A stretch of 64,000 bases of DNA from Octopus bimaculoides (Eukaryota), in the NCBI RefSeq assembly GCF_001194135.2, contig NC_068981.1:50728520-50792519 (forward strand), given 5' to 3'. Position numbers and translations under genes: made by a program. The notes under the pieces were generated by a model, which ran no database searches, was not told the origin of the DNA, and worked only from the letters and a program-made list of their open reading frames with translations. Shown in pieces: positions 53,434 to 64,000 of the stretch (positions are counted from its first letter, which is position 1; each line of letters starts with the position of its first letter).

Positions 53434-54411
53434 GTTACTTCTAAATAGGCACAATGTTAGTTGAATATTTACCAAGACTTAAACTCGAAATCAAAACGCA
53501 GGTGTCTTTTAATCATACCATTGGCCCGAAAAATATGAAGGGATAATGCAACACTTGCAGAAATGTTTATAGGAGTGTTAGAGTGTTAGCTTGTACGTAC
53601 ATTGCAAATTCAAACGGGAGAATATTAGCTTTCAAAACTAGTAAATGACAAAGTTCTATAATAAAAAGAAACTACTGTGCCGTTTGCAACCTTTTGAAAC
53701 ACACGCAGTTTATGATGGAATTTTTTTTTTGTTTTCTAAAATGGCAAAATCAATATGATATCCCAGTTCTAAGTTACTCATCCTTACTGTATTCCTCTCT
53801 CACTGACTAAACGACTCGACGCTATTGATCAAATAAGCTGTTTGCCAATAAAAAAAAAATCAGCTTAAGCACTGTCTTCAAGTCGGCATTTACTCTCTTT
53901 AGATATAGAAAACAAATAGGAACCTTTGTTCTATATTGTATGAAGTAGTAGCTTCTCAACGGCTTACAGCCGCGATTAAAATATCAAGTGGAAATATTAG
54001 AAATAGAATTTCACAAGCACTTAGCTTCCTCAGAAGCCAAACGGTTTGACATGATGATTATTCTAATGACTTAAAGGCCAACCGTTTATGATGCTATATA
54101 TACATATATATATATATATATANNNNNNNNNNNNNNNNNNNNNNNNNNNNNNNNNNNNNNNNNNNNNNNNNNNNNNNNNNNNNNNNNNNNNNNNNNNNNN
54201 NNNNNNNNNNNNNNNNNNNNNNNNNNNNNNNNNNNNNNNNNNNNNNNNNNNNNNNNNNNNNNNNNNNNNNNNNNNNNNNNNNNNNNNNNNNNNNNNNNNN
54301 NNNNNNNNNNNNNNNNNNNNNNNNNNNNNNNNNNNNNNNNNNNNNNNNNNNNNNNNNNNNNNNNNNNNNNNNNNNNNNNNNNNNNNNNNNNNNNNNNNNN
54401 NNNNNNNNNNN

Positions 54412-54453
<42 letters not shown>

Positions 54454-54747
54454 TTTTGGAAATACCTTGATACAGTTATAATATTTGGAGAGATTTTTTT
54501 CTCAAAAAGTTAAGATTGAGAAACGAACCTTTTTAGAAAGTCGTAAGACAGTAACCTTTGGGAAGAGATTTCACAAAATGTTTGGGCTTTGCTTTTTATA
54601 TATACAGTTTTTATATTCCTGAAATATTCCTTAATATTTTTCATTGGCTGAAGAATGTTCTATCTCTGCTTTTGATATAAACCAAGCTACCACAGCTACT
54701 AGAAGCACCTCCGTGTCCCTGGTGTACAGTAGGTAATATATTTATCA

Positions 54748-54895
54748 TTTGTTCAAATTCCGCTGTGGATGACTTTGCCTTTCGTTCTTCTGGATTCGAT
54801 GAATTAAGTACCAGTTGCGTACTGGTGGCGATCTAATCGACTGGCCACCTCCTCCAAAATGTTATGCCTTGTGCCTAGAATAGAAAAGAATATAT
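54748..54895 (+). mobile_element. OR2/CORE-like SINE, 5'-truncated
   Basis: gttcaaattccgc...gactttgcctttc...taagtaccagttgcgtactgg...gatctaatcgactggcc...gccttgtgcctagaatagaaaagaat. Confidence 0.85.
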
Positions 54896-56078
54896 TTATA
54901 ATTTTTTAACAGGTCTATTATATATTGATATAATAGCTCTAATCTATGCGTTTATTTTTAATGATTATAATGATTAATGACATCAATAACAGACGTAGTG
55001 ATATAATAATGTTTGGGAAATTTTAACGACGAATTTGCATCTCTGATCATAAATACAATTCACTATTATATTACACTGATTTCCTTGACTACGTTCAATA
55101 CTCATTAATAGTTGCTTTTATTTATTTATTTATTTATTTTTTAGTGACTCGTGACATCTTCCACGAAGAATGTCATATTTGTAGTTCGTTCAACGAACGT
55201 TTATGACCCACAAATTGGATAATTCTCATATATAATAATTCGGAACTCTTAATGGCAAGATTCAGTTCCAGATGCGTATGTTAAGCTGCATTTATATTTA
55301 CTCGGGTTTCTATATGTACAAGCATCTTGTGTTTGTTACAAAACAAACTCCGGTTCAGGACTACCTTTCGTGATGTACACTGCACTACAGTATATGAGAG
55401 ACTAACATTATTGATACTGTTGCAATTCCTTTGCAAATATTCTATTTTACTCACTCGGTGAAATATTCTGAGACAGTTAATGTTATTTCGACTGTTATTA
55501 ATAAGTGTAGTGTAGCAATTTCAAGAAGACTAAACATTTCATGGGAAAAAATGCAAGATTTTCTGATCGAAGTGGATATAATTTGAGTATATTACTACAG
55601 TCTTAATATTAATTCCAGTGTAATCCTATCAGAGACTTTGATATTGAAAAAATGGATTTTATATTTTATCGTAATTTGTTTTGGAGAGAACCAAGGCCAA
55701 ACAGAAACAATCCCGTTATTGTGACTTCTAATGTAATTTGTGCATATAATATTTTTGCCTATTTCGTAATTTTATATTGGTTGTTTTATCTCATTGTTTA
55801 AGAGATAAGAGTATATTTTCATGAAGTACATAAAACGAGACACTTTTTTTCATCACAAACTATGTAATGTTACAGAAAGTAAGGCTCAATAGTTTGGATG
55901 TGTAGCATTTTTAACTTTCTCTTGTGTTGCCGCAGGTGACTCCTTAACGAGAATGTTTATGGTGGCAGTCATTCCAGTTTTAATATCACATTTGTGGATA
56001 TTCAGCTGCTAATACTTACATGTGAAGCAAGCACGTTAAATAGAAAAATGTTTTGAGGGGTGAGGGGCATATCTCTTC

Positions 56079-56150
<72 letters not shown>

Positions 56151-56170
56151 TTATCTTTGTNNNNNNNNNN

Positions 56171-56218
<48 letters not shown>

Positions 56219-56233
56219 CTATCTATTTATCTT

Positions 56234-56266
<33 letters not shown>

Positions 56267-56269
<3 letters not shown>

Positions 56270-56470
56270 AAACTTACTTGCAAAGATGACGCGTGCGTTC
56301 GATCATGTAATAATACAAATAAAATGTGAGTATATGCATATATACGTACATGTATGTGCATACCTACATATACATGTATATATAGATGCATATCTGGGTA
56401 CAGGACGTTGCAAAAAACGTGGAGAAAATGATAAACAGAGTACAGAAAACATACAGGCCACATAGAGGAT
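56267..56470 (+). repeat. Dispersed repeat; inverted relative at ~59120-59345
   Basis: aaaacttacttg...gcgttcgatcatgtaataata...gggtacaggacg matches the reverse complement of 59120-59345. Confidence 0.7.
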
Positions 56471-56925
56471 GGTGGACCAGTTACATATTTCAGGACCTCT
56501 TTCTCAATGCCCTTCCACTCAGCTTTTGGGAAATGCAGGCTAGAGATGAGATGAGCATTTCTAGTATTTCGTATGTCCGTGGTCTTTTGTGGTCCATACA
56601 TCACTAGCTCTATTAAATTATGCTCCGAAAGAAGCGTCGGTGTCACTTTCACGTCATATATGAGTACCGAGCCTTTTTCAAACATAGGTCCAGGATATTC
56701 TTTCCCCTTGTGGGGGTGATGTACCATCTGCTCCACAAAGAGTACGTTAGTGAAGCCAAGCAAAGACTCTGCATGCTTCCGAATTTCAAGTGACATACTT
56801 GAAAGGGGACAACCCTCTGGCCATTTTACATAAGGGAGATTGAAATCCCCTAAGGGAAGTATGAGCAGGTCATTGTCAAGATTCGTCAAAACGTCTCTCA
56901 TTTTTTGGAGGCACTCTTCAAATGA
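56470..56925 (-). mobile_element. CR1/L2-type LINE APE endonuclease fragment
   Basis: ILPLGDFNLPYVKW...LLGFTNVLFVEQMV.HP, then SEHNLIE: APE catalytic GDFN and C-terminal SDH-like motif. Confidence 0.8.
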
Positions 56926-56963
56926 GTTCTCATGATCTGGCGCATCTATACATATATATATAT

Positions 56964-57009
<46 letters not shown>

Positions 57010-57317
57010 GCACCAGGTCTATCTATATATANNNNNNNNNNNNNNNNNNNNNNNNNNNNNNNNNNNNNNNNNNNNNNNNNNNNNNNNNNNNNNNNNNNNN
57101 NNNNNNNNNNNNNNNNNNNNNNNNNNNNNNNNNNNNNNNNNNNNNNNNNNNNNNNNNNNNNNNNNNNNNNNNNNNNNNNNNNNNNNNNNNNNNNNNNNNN
57201 NNNNNNNNNNNNNNNNNNNNNNNNNNNNNNNNNNNNNNNNNNNNNNNNNNNNNNNNNNNNNNNNNNNNNNNNNNNNNNNNNNNNNNNNNNNNNNNNNNNN
57301 NNNNNNNNNNNNNNNNN

Positions 57318-57364
<47 letters not shown>

Positions 57365-57889
57365 TGTGTGTTTGTGTGTGTGTGTGTGTGTGTACACGGG
57401 TGTGTATGATTGTGTATAGGAGAATATATTATTCGAAGAGATTCCAACATTGATTTTCACATTTTTATAATAATGTAATAAAATATGATAGAGTATTAAA
57501 TGTCAATTCTGATTGAGCTAGTTCTTTCATGCCTTAAACTACGCAATATTCAGTTTCATCTAGTAGTTGTGACAGTCATGTTTTACATTTTACAATTGTG
57601 GCGAGATGGCCAACTTGTGTGCCTTATATACATTTGTATAGGCTTCAGAATGTTAATTTTTGCAAACTGTATTCTGACCGAACAGTGTGTGATTTTACTA
57701 AATTACTTAAGTTGATTGGTGTTTGGTTTAGGCGTCACGGTTTGTTGAACATGTCAAGGCACCTGTATTTTGACCCTGACCGAAGCATTAATTGTTGGGC
57801 TATTATTAGAAATGTTGTAAATAACATTTCACAGTGATTTTTACATTTCAATGCTCATCATCATCATTACCATGTCCTTTATTATTGTT

Positions 57890-57962
57890 GCCGTTGTTGT
57901 TGGTGTTGCTGTTGTTGTTGTATGTAGTGGTGGTCGTGGTGGTGGTGTTGTTGATGTTGTTG

Positions 57963-57994
<32 letters not shown>

Positions 57995-58020
57995 GGTGGT
58001 GGTGGTGGTGGTAGTAGTAA
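57890..58020. repeat. (GTT)n/(GGT)n microsatellite
   Basis: Directly visible. Confidence 0.95.
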
Positions 58021-58089
58021 GAGTATCTGTGGTAATAGAACTTTAAACCCCGAAATTAGATAACTTTTACTGACAGTAGAGATAGTACC

Positions 58090-58720
58090 TCTCAATATGA
58101 GTATTACTGTTTATTTAGCTTGGGTTGGAATATATTTATAAAGACTTCGAATTTAACTTGGGCTATGTAGTTTGTGGAATGGAAATATTTCAAATATTCT
58201 CCGACCGCATCTTTCTAGATGGTTACTCAAAGGTATCTCACGGACATCTGGCTCTCTAATTTGCTGTTGGTGCACACGCGAACGTTCTGATAATGCATTT
58301 CCAGTCTGACTTAAATATAGTTCTTCACAATTTGGGCATTTGATGAAGTAAATTAAATTTCTGCTTTTGCAGTTCATATTTACACTTGTGAATATTTTTC
58401 CGGTTTTGGGGTTCGTATTTTGTCCAGTATGTATGAATTGACATGTGCTATATCGGCTATCATTGCGCTAATATAGAGCCAATGATTGGTCTTTGTTGCC
58501 AATGTCAAACTTTGCTTTTGTTAATAATGTATTCAAAATTTTAGGCTCTCTTTTACTAAAAACTATAGTTCGATCTGTGATTATATCATTTAATACATTA
58601 CACTGAGCAATGATTTGTAGGTTTGCTTTGGCAATGTTCAAGATATTCTGGTGACATGCGTTGTGTGTCACTATAAATGAAATGACTTGTTCCTGTTTTC
58701 CTCTTCTTTGGATTGTTCTC
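58090..58720 (-). mobile_element. Penelope-like element, linker plus GIY-YIG endonuclease
   Basis: IVFSKREPK.L..LLTKAKF and MNCKSRNLIYFIKCPNCEELYLSQTGNALSERSRVHQQQIR.P...IPLS.HL..CG...F.IFPFHK. Confidence 0.9.
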
Positions 58721-59339
58721 AGTTGTTGTATGGGTATTTTTATAGCCCACTGTATATATATATATATATATATNNNNNNNNNNNNNNNNNNNNNNNNNNN
58801 NNNNNNNNNNNNNNNNNNNNNNNNNNNNNNNNNNNNNNNNNNNNNNNNNNNNNNNNNNNNNNNNNNNNNNNNNNNNNNNNNNNNNNNNNNNNNNNNNNNN
58901 TCCTGTTCTTACTATTTTTACTGTCTTGTTCTCACTGTCCTGTTCTTGTTAACATTTTCACCCTCCGCAAAAAAATTCTAAATTTTACTTAATTTGCTTT
59001 GCGGGAAGGACTGTTCCAACGAAGTTGCGTATTGTCCTCGCCTTCGAAACGCGGAGTAGATGGAACAGGGGCAACTGACGAAGGGTTATACTCTTTATGT
59101 TGCATGTCTCGTTTCTCTGTTTACATTTTTCGTTGTTCGAAAAAAAGTTCGTTTAATATTTTCGTCTGTTTTCATTTCTCATTGTGTTTAAGGTTTTTTT
59201 GATGTTCTGTACCCATATATGCATGTATGTATACATATAGATGTAGGTATGTACATATATGTATGGATATATGCATATGTTTATATATTGTTTATATTAT
59301 TATATGATCGAACGCCACTTCACCTTTTCCAAGTAAGTT

Positions 59340-59348
59340 TTATCTATC

Positions 59349-59431
<83 letters not shown>

Positions 59432-59448
59432 ATCTATCTATCTATCTA

Positions 59449-59515
<67 letters not shown>
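59340..59515. repeat. (TATC)n/(AT)n microsatellite
   Basis: Directly visible. Confidence 0.95.
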
Positions 59516-59516
<1 letters not shown>

Positions 59517-60399
59517 TATGTATGTGTGCGTGTGTATGTATGTATGTATGTATGTATGTTTGTATATGTATATAGGTATGTATAGATATAGATATATGAA
59601 TGTGGTGATTGTTTGTTGTCGTGTGAATGACCGAATGCATATTTATTTGCATTTCTATTAACATATATTCATAAATGTGATTAGCAGTGTATTAAATCTG
59701 AGATATATTATTAGAAAACACAATTAATCTAAAATTACTATTTTGAAATTGCCATATGACAAAAGGTATACATTAATTAAGAAGTAATATACTTTATAAA
59801 GCAATTAAAATAAATGGAAAACAATCAATTTACTGGATGAATGGTTTTTGTTAATAGAATATCATACGTGAATCAAATTATATTGTTTTATCTTTTTTAA
59901 AAAAAAACAGAATCAATGTGAACGACGGAAAATATCTCAACTACGGAGATTTAGGTGAGCTTTCGTTTTTGTTTATAAGAAATAAATTGAATCTGCATTT
60001 TATGATACGGTAGAAGTTAATCCTACCTATCTACATTTTATTTGCCCACGTCAGACTTATAGCACTAACATGATCTGTGCAAATTATATGTACACAGATA
60101 TACTGATGTATACATGTATGTATGTACGTCTGTATGTACGTATGTATGTACACATGTATGCATGTATGTCATTATTCAATTTATTTCAAGATGTCTTGCC
60201 AATAGAAAAAGAAGCAGTTTCTAACATACATCCAAGGCTTCTTTTTTGAATTTCAACATCAACAACAGGGTATTTTTGTATGTATGTTTGTATGTATGTA
60301 TGTATGTATGTATGTTTGTGCAGATTTCTTTGTTTCATGTATGTATTCTCGTGTATATAGTTGCGTATCTAAACATATTCAAATATATTTAAATGATAA

Positions 60400-60705
60400 A
60401 CTTCTGGAAAGTTTTACAGATATTAATAGTTTCTCAAAATTAGTATTTAGGCAATGTGTTACATATCCCAGGCCTCCAATAATTACAGGTATAAATCTGA
60501 ACTTGTAATCTAGATAGAGTAACTGCAGATTTCTTAATTGTTCAGTATAAACGTTCTCTTTATCACTAATCTTCGGCTTTACATCCGCTAGGCAGATAAT
60601 TTCCACAACTGTGTACAGTTTCTCATCTCTATCCTAAGTCATTATATCATGTCTGTTGTGCTTACATTTTATTGAGGTCTTCACTGGTACATTCCACCAG
60701 TATTT
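60400..60705 (-). mobile_element. RLE-bearing LINE (R4/Dong-like) C-terminal fragment
   Basis: VEIICLADV...ISDKENVY.EQLRNLQLLY.DYKFRFIPVIIGGLGYVTHCLNTNFEKL. Confidence 0.75.
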
Positions 60706-60854
60706 CTTTTTAATATGAGTGGCTATGGCTTCTACTATATGGTGGGATCTTATTTCTTTGTGTGTATGTATGTATGTATGTATGTAATATACATGCATGT
60801 ATGTATGCATGCATGTATGTATGTATGTATGTATGTATGTATGTATGTATGTAT

Positions 60855-61005
60855 GGGTGACAAAATATTTGAACTCTTATATATATTAACTTGTCACTGT
60901 TGGAGAACTGAGAAAGTTCCTCAAGACTGGATTGGTGCCATTTTAGTCTCTTTGTATAAAAGGCTGTGTGGTAATTTTCGTGGGATTTTGCTTTCGTCTG
61001 TGGTT
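60855..61005 (+). mobile_element. RTE-clade LINE RT N-terminal fragment
   Basis: LTCHCWRTEKVPQDWIGAILVSLYK...CGNFRGILLSSVVG matches the RTE pattern W....VPQDW..A..V.LYK.....CGNYRGISLLS..GK. Confidence 0.85.
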
Positions 61006-61472
61006 GGATAGATATTACAAAGATTTCAGAAATAACAGATGCTTTCAGAAGATTATCCAACTTGCACCAGCTAATAGATATCTAAATATTTCATTGCGTG
61101 TCAACATTGAGATAAAAAAAAATTCGCACGTGAACATTTTCCAAAATTGAACAAAGGATCTTTTCCAGGAACCTGTCTATTCCACCAAGAAGAGTGAATT
61201 AATCCTTTCTCAAGATGGATGCTTATAGATTTCATGTTTTCTGTGTCCAACATAGTTGTAATAAGAGTTAAAAACAAAAATACGCTTCCTTGTGTTATGT
61301 TCCGTCACAAACTCACTAAAATTTGATGTAATGGCCCACAGATAAAAATTCATTTCCTATTGTCAGTAACTCTTGTTTCATTTCAATCACTACAATGTTC
61401 AGTTAAATGCGTTCGGTTAAGCATTTAACTGAACACATATATCTATATATTTATCTATCCGTCCATATGTGT

Positions 61473-61474
<2 letters not shown>

Positions 61475-61535
<61 letters not shown>

Positions 61536-61570
61536 TATTAATATTTCGCTTAGGTACGGGTGTTAAAAGT

Positions 61571-61608
<38 letters not shown>
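61475..61608. repeat. (AT)n microsatellites
   Basis: Directly visible. Confidence 0.95.
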
Positions 61609-61610
<2 letters not shown>

Positions 61611-64000
61611 TTCTGTACGAAGCGTCAGTCGAGTACAGAGCGGTAATAAGAAATTGGGATGACAAAGGAATAAGAATTTTTATAAACTTCATTAGCTTAC
61701 ATCAGTTTGTCATTCTCCTTTTTCTCCTCATCTCTCGCTCTCTCTCTCTCTCTCACACACCTCACTCTTTTTCTCTCCCTCTCTCTCACTCACTCTCTCA
61801 CTCTCTAGCTCGCTCACTTTGCTCTAAAATTGCGCTCCCTTGTTTATATTACTGGCATTTCTCTGTAAGTTCTTACGTATGTAATTCAAATTTCTTTCAC
61901 TTGGAGGTTTATTGATATATCTTTCATGTGTGTCTTTTTCACATGGCATATTGTGTCATGAAAACCATTTTAAGCCCAACAACGCTGAACTATGCTGCGC
62001 ACGATGCATTTTGTGTTATATATATTACAAATATCAAATTCATAAGAAAGAAACAGTTTCTAAAGAAAATAAATCCTAATCTATTCATGTCAAGCGGACA
62101 GTAAATAAGTGAAACTTACTCTGTAACTAGCAGAAGATTATTTTCAGGCAGCAAGCAGAGAGAGATTCTGATGCCAAAGAAGATGTCTATATTTATGAAT
62201 ATAGGCATCTCCAGTGGATACATGAAGAATGAAAGTGAAAAAAATTCAAACGAGTCCTTGCGAAGAATTTATTAAATAATATTACAAACTTATATTAAAT
62301 GTTTGTGTAGGAAACACTTTTATATGAAGAGTATTCTTGAAGTGTGAAGGCAAAATGACGAAAACCTCAAATGCTTTGAAATATCGGTGCTATTTTATAC
62401 ATAACGAGCAACGAGGAAGCAGTCTTTAAAGGAGGCATCAAATTTTGCACATTGAACACTCGCGATACTGAGTTTTTCATTACAACAAAATGTTATGTTT
62501 AATAAACATGAATATGTTATTTTCTTTATTGCATTCTTGATTCGTGTCTTTCCCTTTTCATTATATATGAATGCACGCACACAACACGCTGTCAGTCTTA
62601 TGAATCTCTTGCATTGAAAACATGCACGCATTATGATACACAACTATGTATGCCTGTGATAAGCGTTTAATCCAGATGTAAAATTTATACGTCGAGATTC
62701 ATCCTCATATTTCTTTATCTCTACGTTTTATTGCAAATTCACCTGAGTTGATTTTTGTGTTGTCTTAAGCCATCTCCATTTCAGAATATATCAATGACAT
62801 TCAAAAATTTAATTATATTGAATAAAATGTCTTAATTTAATATAATGTATGAAATATTTCTCTTTTTTAATTGAAGTTGAGCAAATGTCACTTCCGTTGT
62901 CATGACTACGCTTTTAAAGGAGGAAGATGAATTCAGAAAGTGTTCTAAAAATGTTGTATACTAATATTATTTAACAAACAATTAATAGCGACAGATGCAT
63001 TATTTATACCAAATGATAATGTTTATCTCCGTCTTGACATGGGCGTTATGTTAACACAGAATACTGTTATTCACTCTGGGGAAACAGCTCACACAGACTT
63101 CTGGTGCATAAAAGCAATCGTGCTTATATCACTGGCGGGCGATAATCGTCTTCCACTGCCATCGGAACTTCCAGATCATGTGATTTCGGCCTTCCTTGGC
63201 GAACGTTATACTATTACCTAAATTTAATTTTTATTGCTATTGAAGTCATTTCGCTTCTGCTACTATTTCTATTGCAACGGATCAAGTAAATTATAAGTAT
63301 TCTACATATAGAATACATTACTAGTCCTAGCTAAGACGAACTGATTATTGGCAACCCAAACGGTAGTGTGACATTATATAGTGTCGTGTCCAATGCTATT
63401 AATTTAAGTCCACTTAGATCTGTTCTATAGATATGCACATGGACCTAATAAATTATGCAGGCTTATTCGACCAAATGAATACCTTTTCACCAAAATCAAA
63501 CGTGCACCTATATTAAAACGAAATGTTGATGTACCTGAGTAGCAAGTACTATCGAACACTTAGTTCTACGCTAATTCAGTCAGTAACATATTCAGACACA
63601 TAATTGCACTATTTTACGCTCGAAACACGTTACTATGTTTGGAAATGTTTTAAGGCGGCAAAAGCATAATTTCTTGCGTCTTATATAATTTGGCTAAAGC
63701 AATAGAAAGTGATATTAACAATATATAAAGCAAGTTAATCAACATTTTGTTATCAATCTCATAAATTTCATTATTCGTCTAGCGTGAAACAATGCAGTCC
63801 TCTGCACATAAAGGATAAAATGGAGCACTTTCCTCGAATATAACTCAATTTCTTCTAGTTTCTGATAATTTATTTATTCACCGACGTTTTAACATGTCCC
63901 TAAATCCGCATTCTGTATTTACCAATTACTATTTCCAGAATTTCACAAAAGTTGTAGCGGAATTAATTCCTACTTTCTAAATACAAACTATACACGCAAT

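Noticed and set aside
56085-56240. Direct duplication of a CT/CTAT tract around a 10-N gap
   Set aside because: Typical unmerged contig-overlap artefact.
62395-62643. Cys-rich minus ORF resembling a PAN/apple domain
   Set aside because: Cys spacing does not fit well, there are no convincing splice sites, and the length is expected by chance.

Overview
AT-rich eukaryotic scaffold with ten N-gaps, each flanked by microsatellites. The tRNA-derived SINE families and TTAGGG repeats point to a coleoid cephalopod, most likely Octopus (inference). The window is a mosaic of decayed transposable elements: Tx1/L1, CR1-like, RTE, Hero-like and R4/Dong LINE fragments, Penelope-like elements, a Chapaev3 DNA transposon, a Helitron Rep remnant and many SINEs. 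I found no intact, recognisable host gene, no true tRNA or rRNA gene and no CRISPR array. Most long ORFs in the track are microsatellite or N-gap artefacts. I cannot support a new biological system. The best leads are: two fold-back elements carrying telomere-like repeats (1789-1872; 52561-53433), a ~0.9 kb inverted duplication (9771-12844), a Penelope-type minimal hammerhead ribozyme motif (45051-45100), the 3' half of an HDV-like ribozyme at the 5' end of an R4/Dong element (51111-51212), and a few orphan exon-like segments. All translations and alignments were done by eye, and boundaries of decayed elements are approximate.
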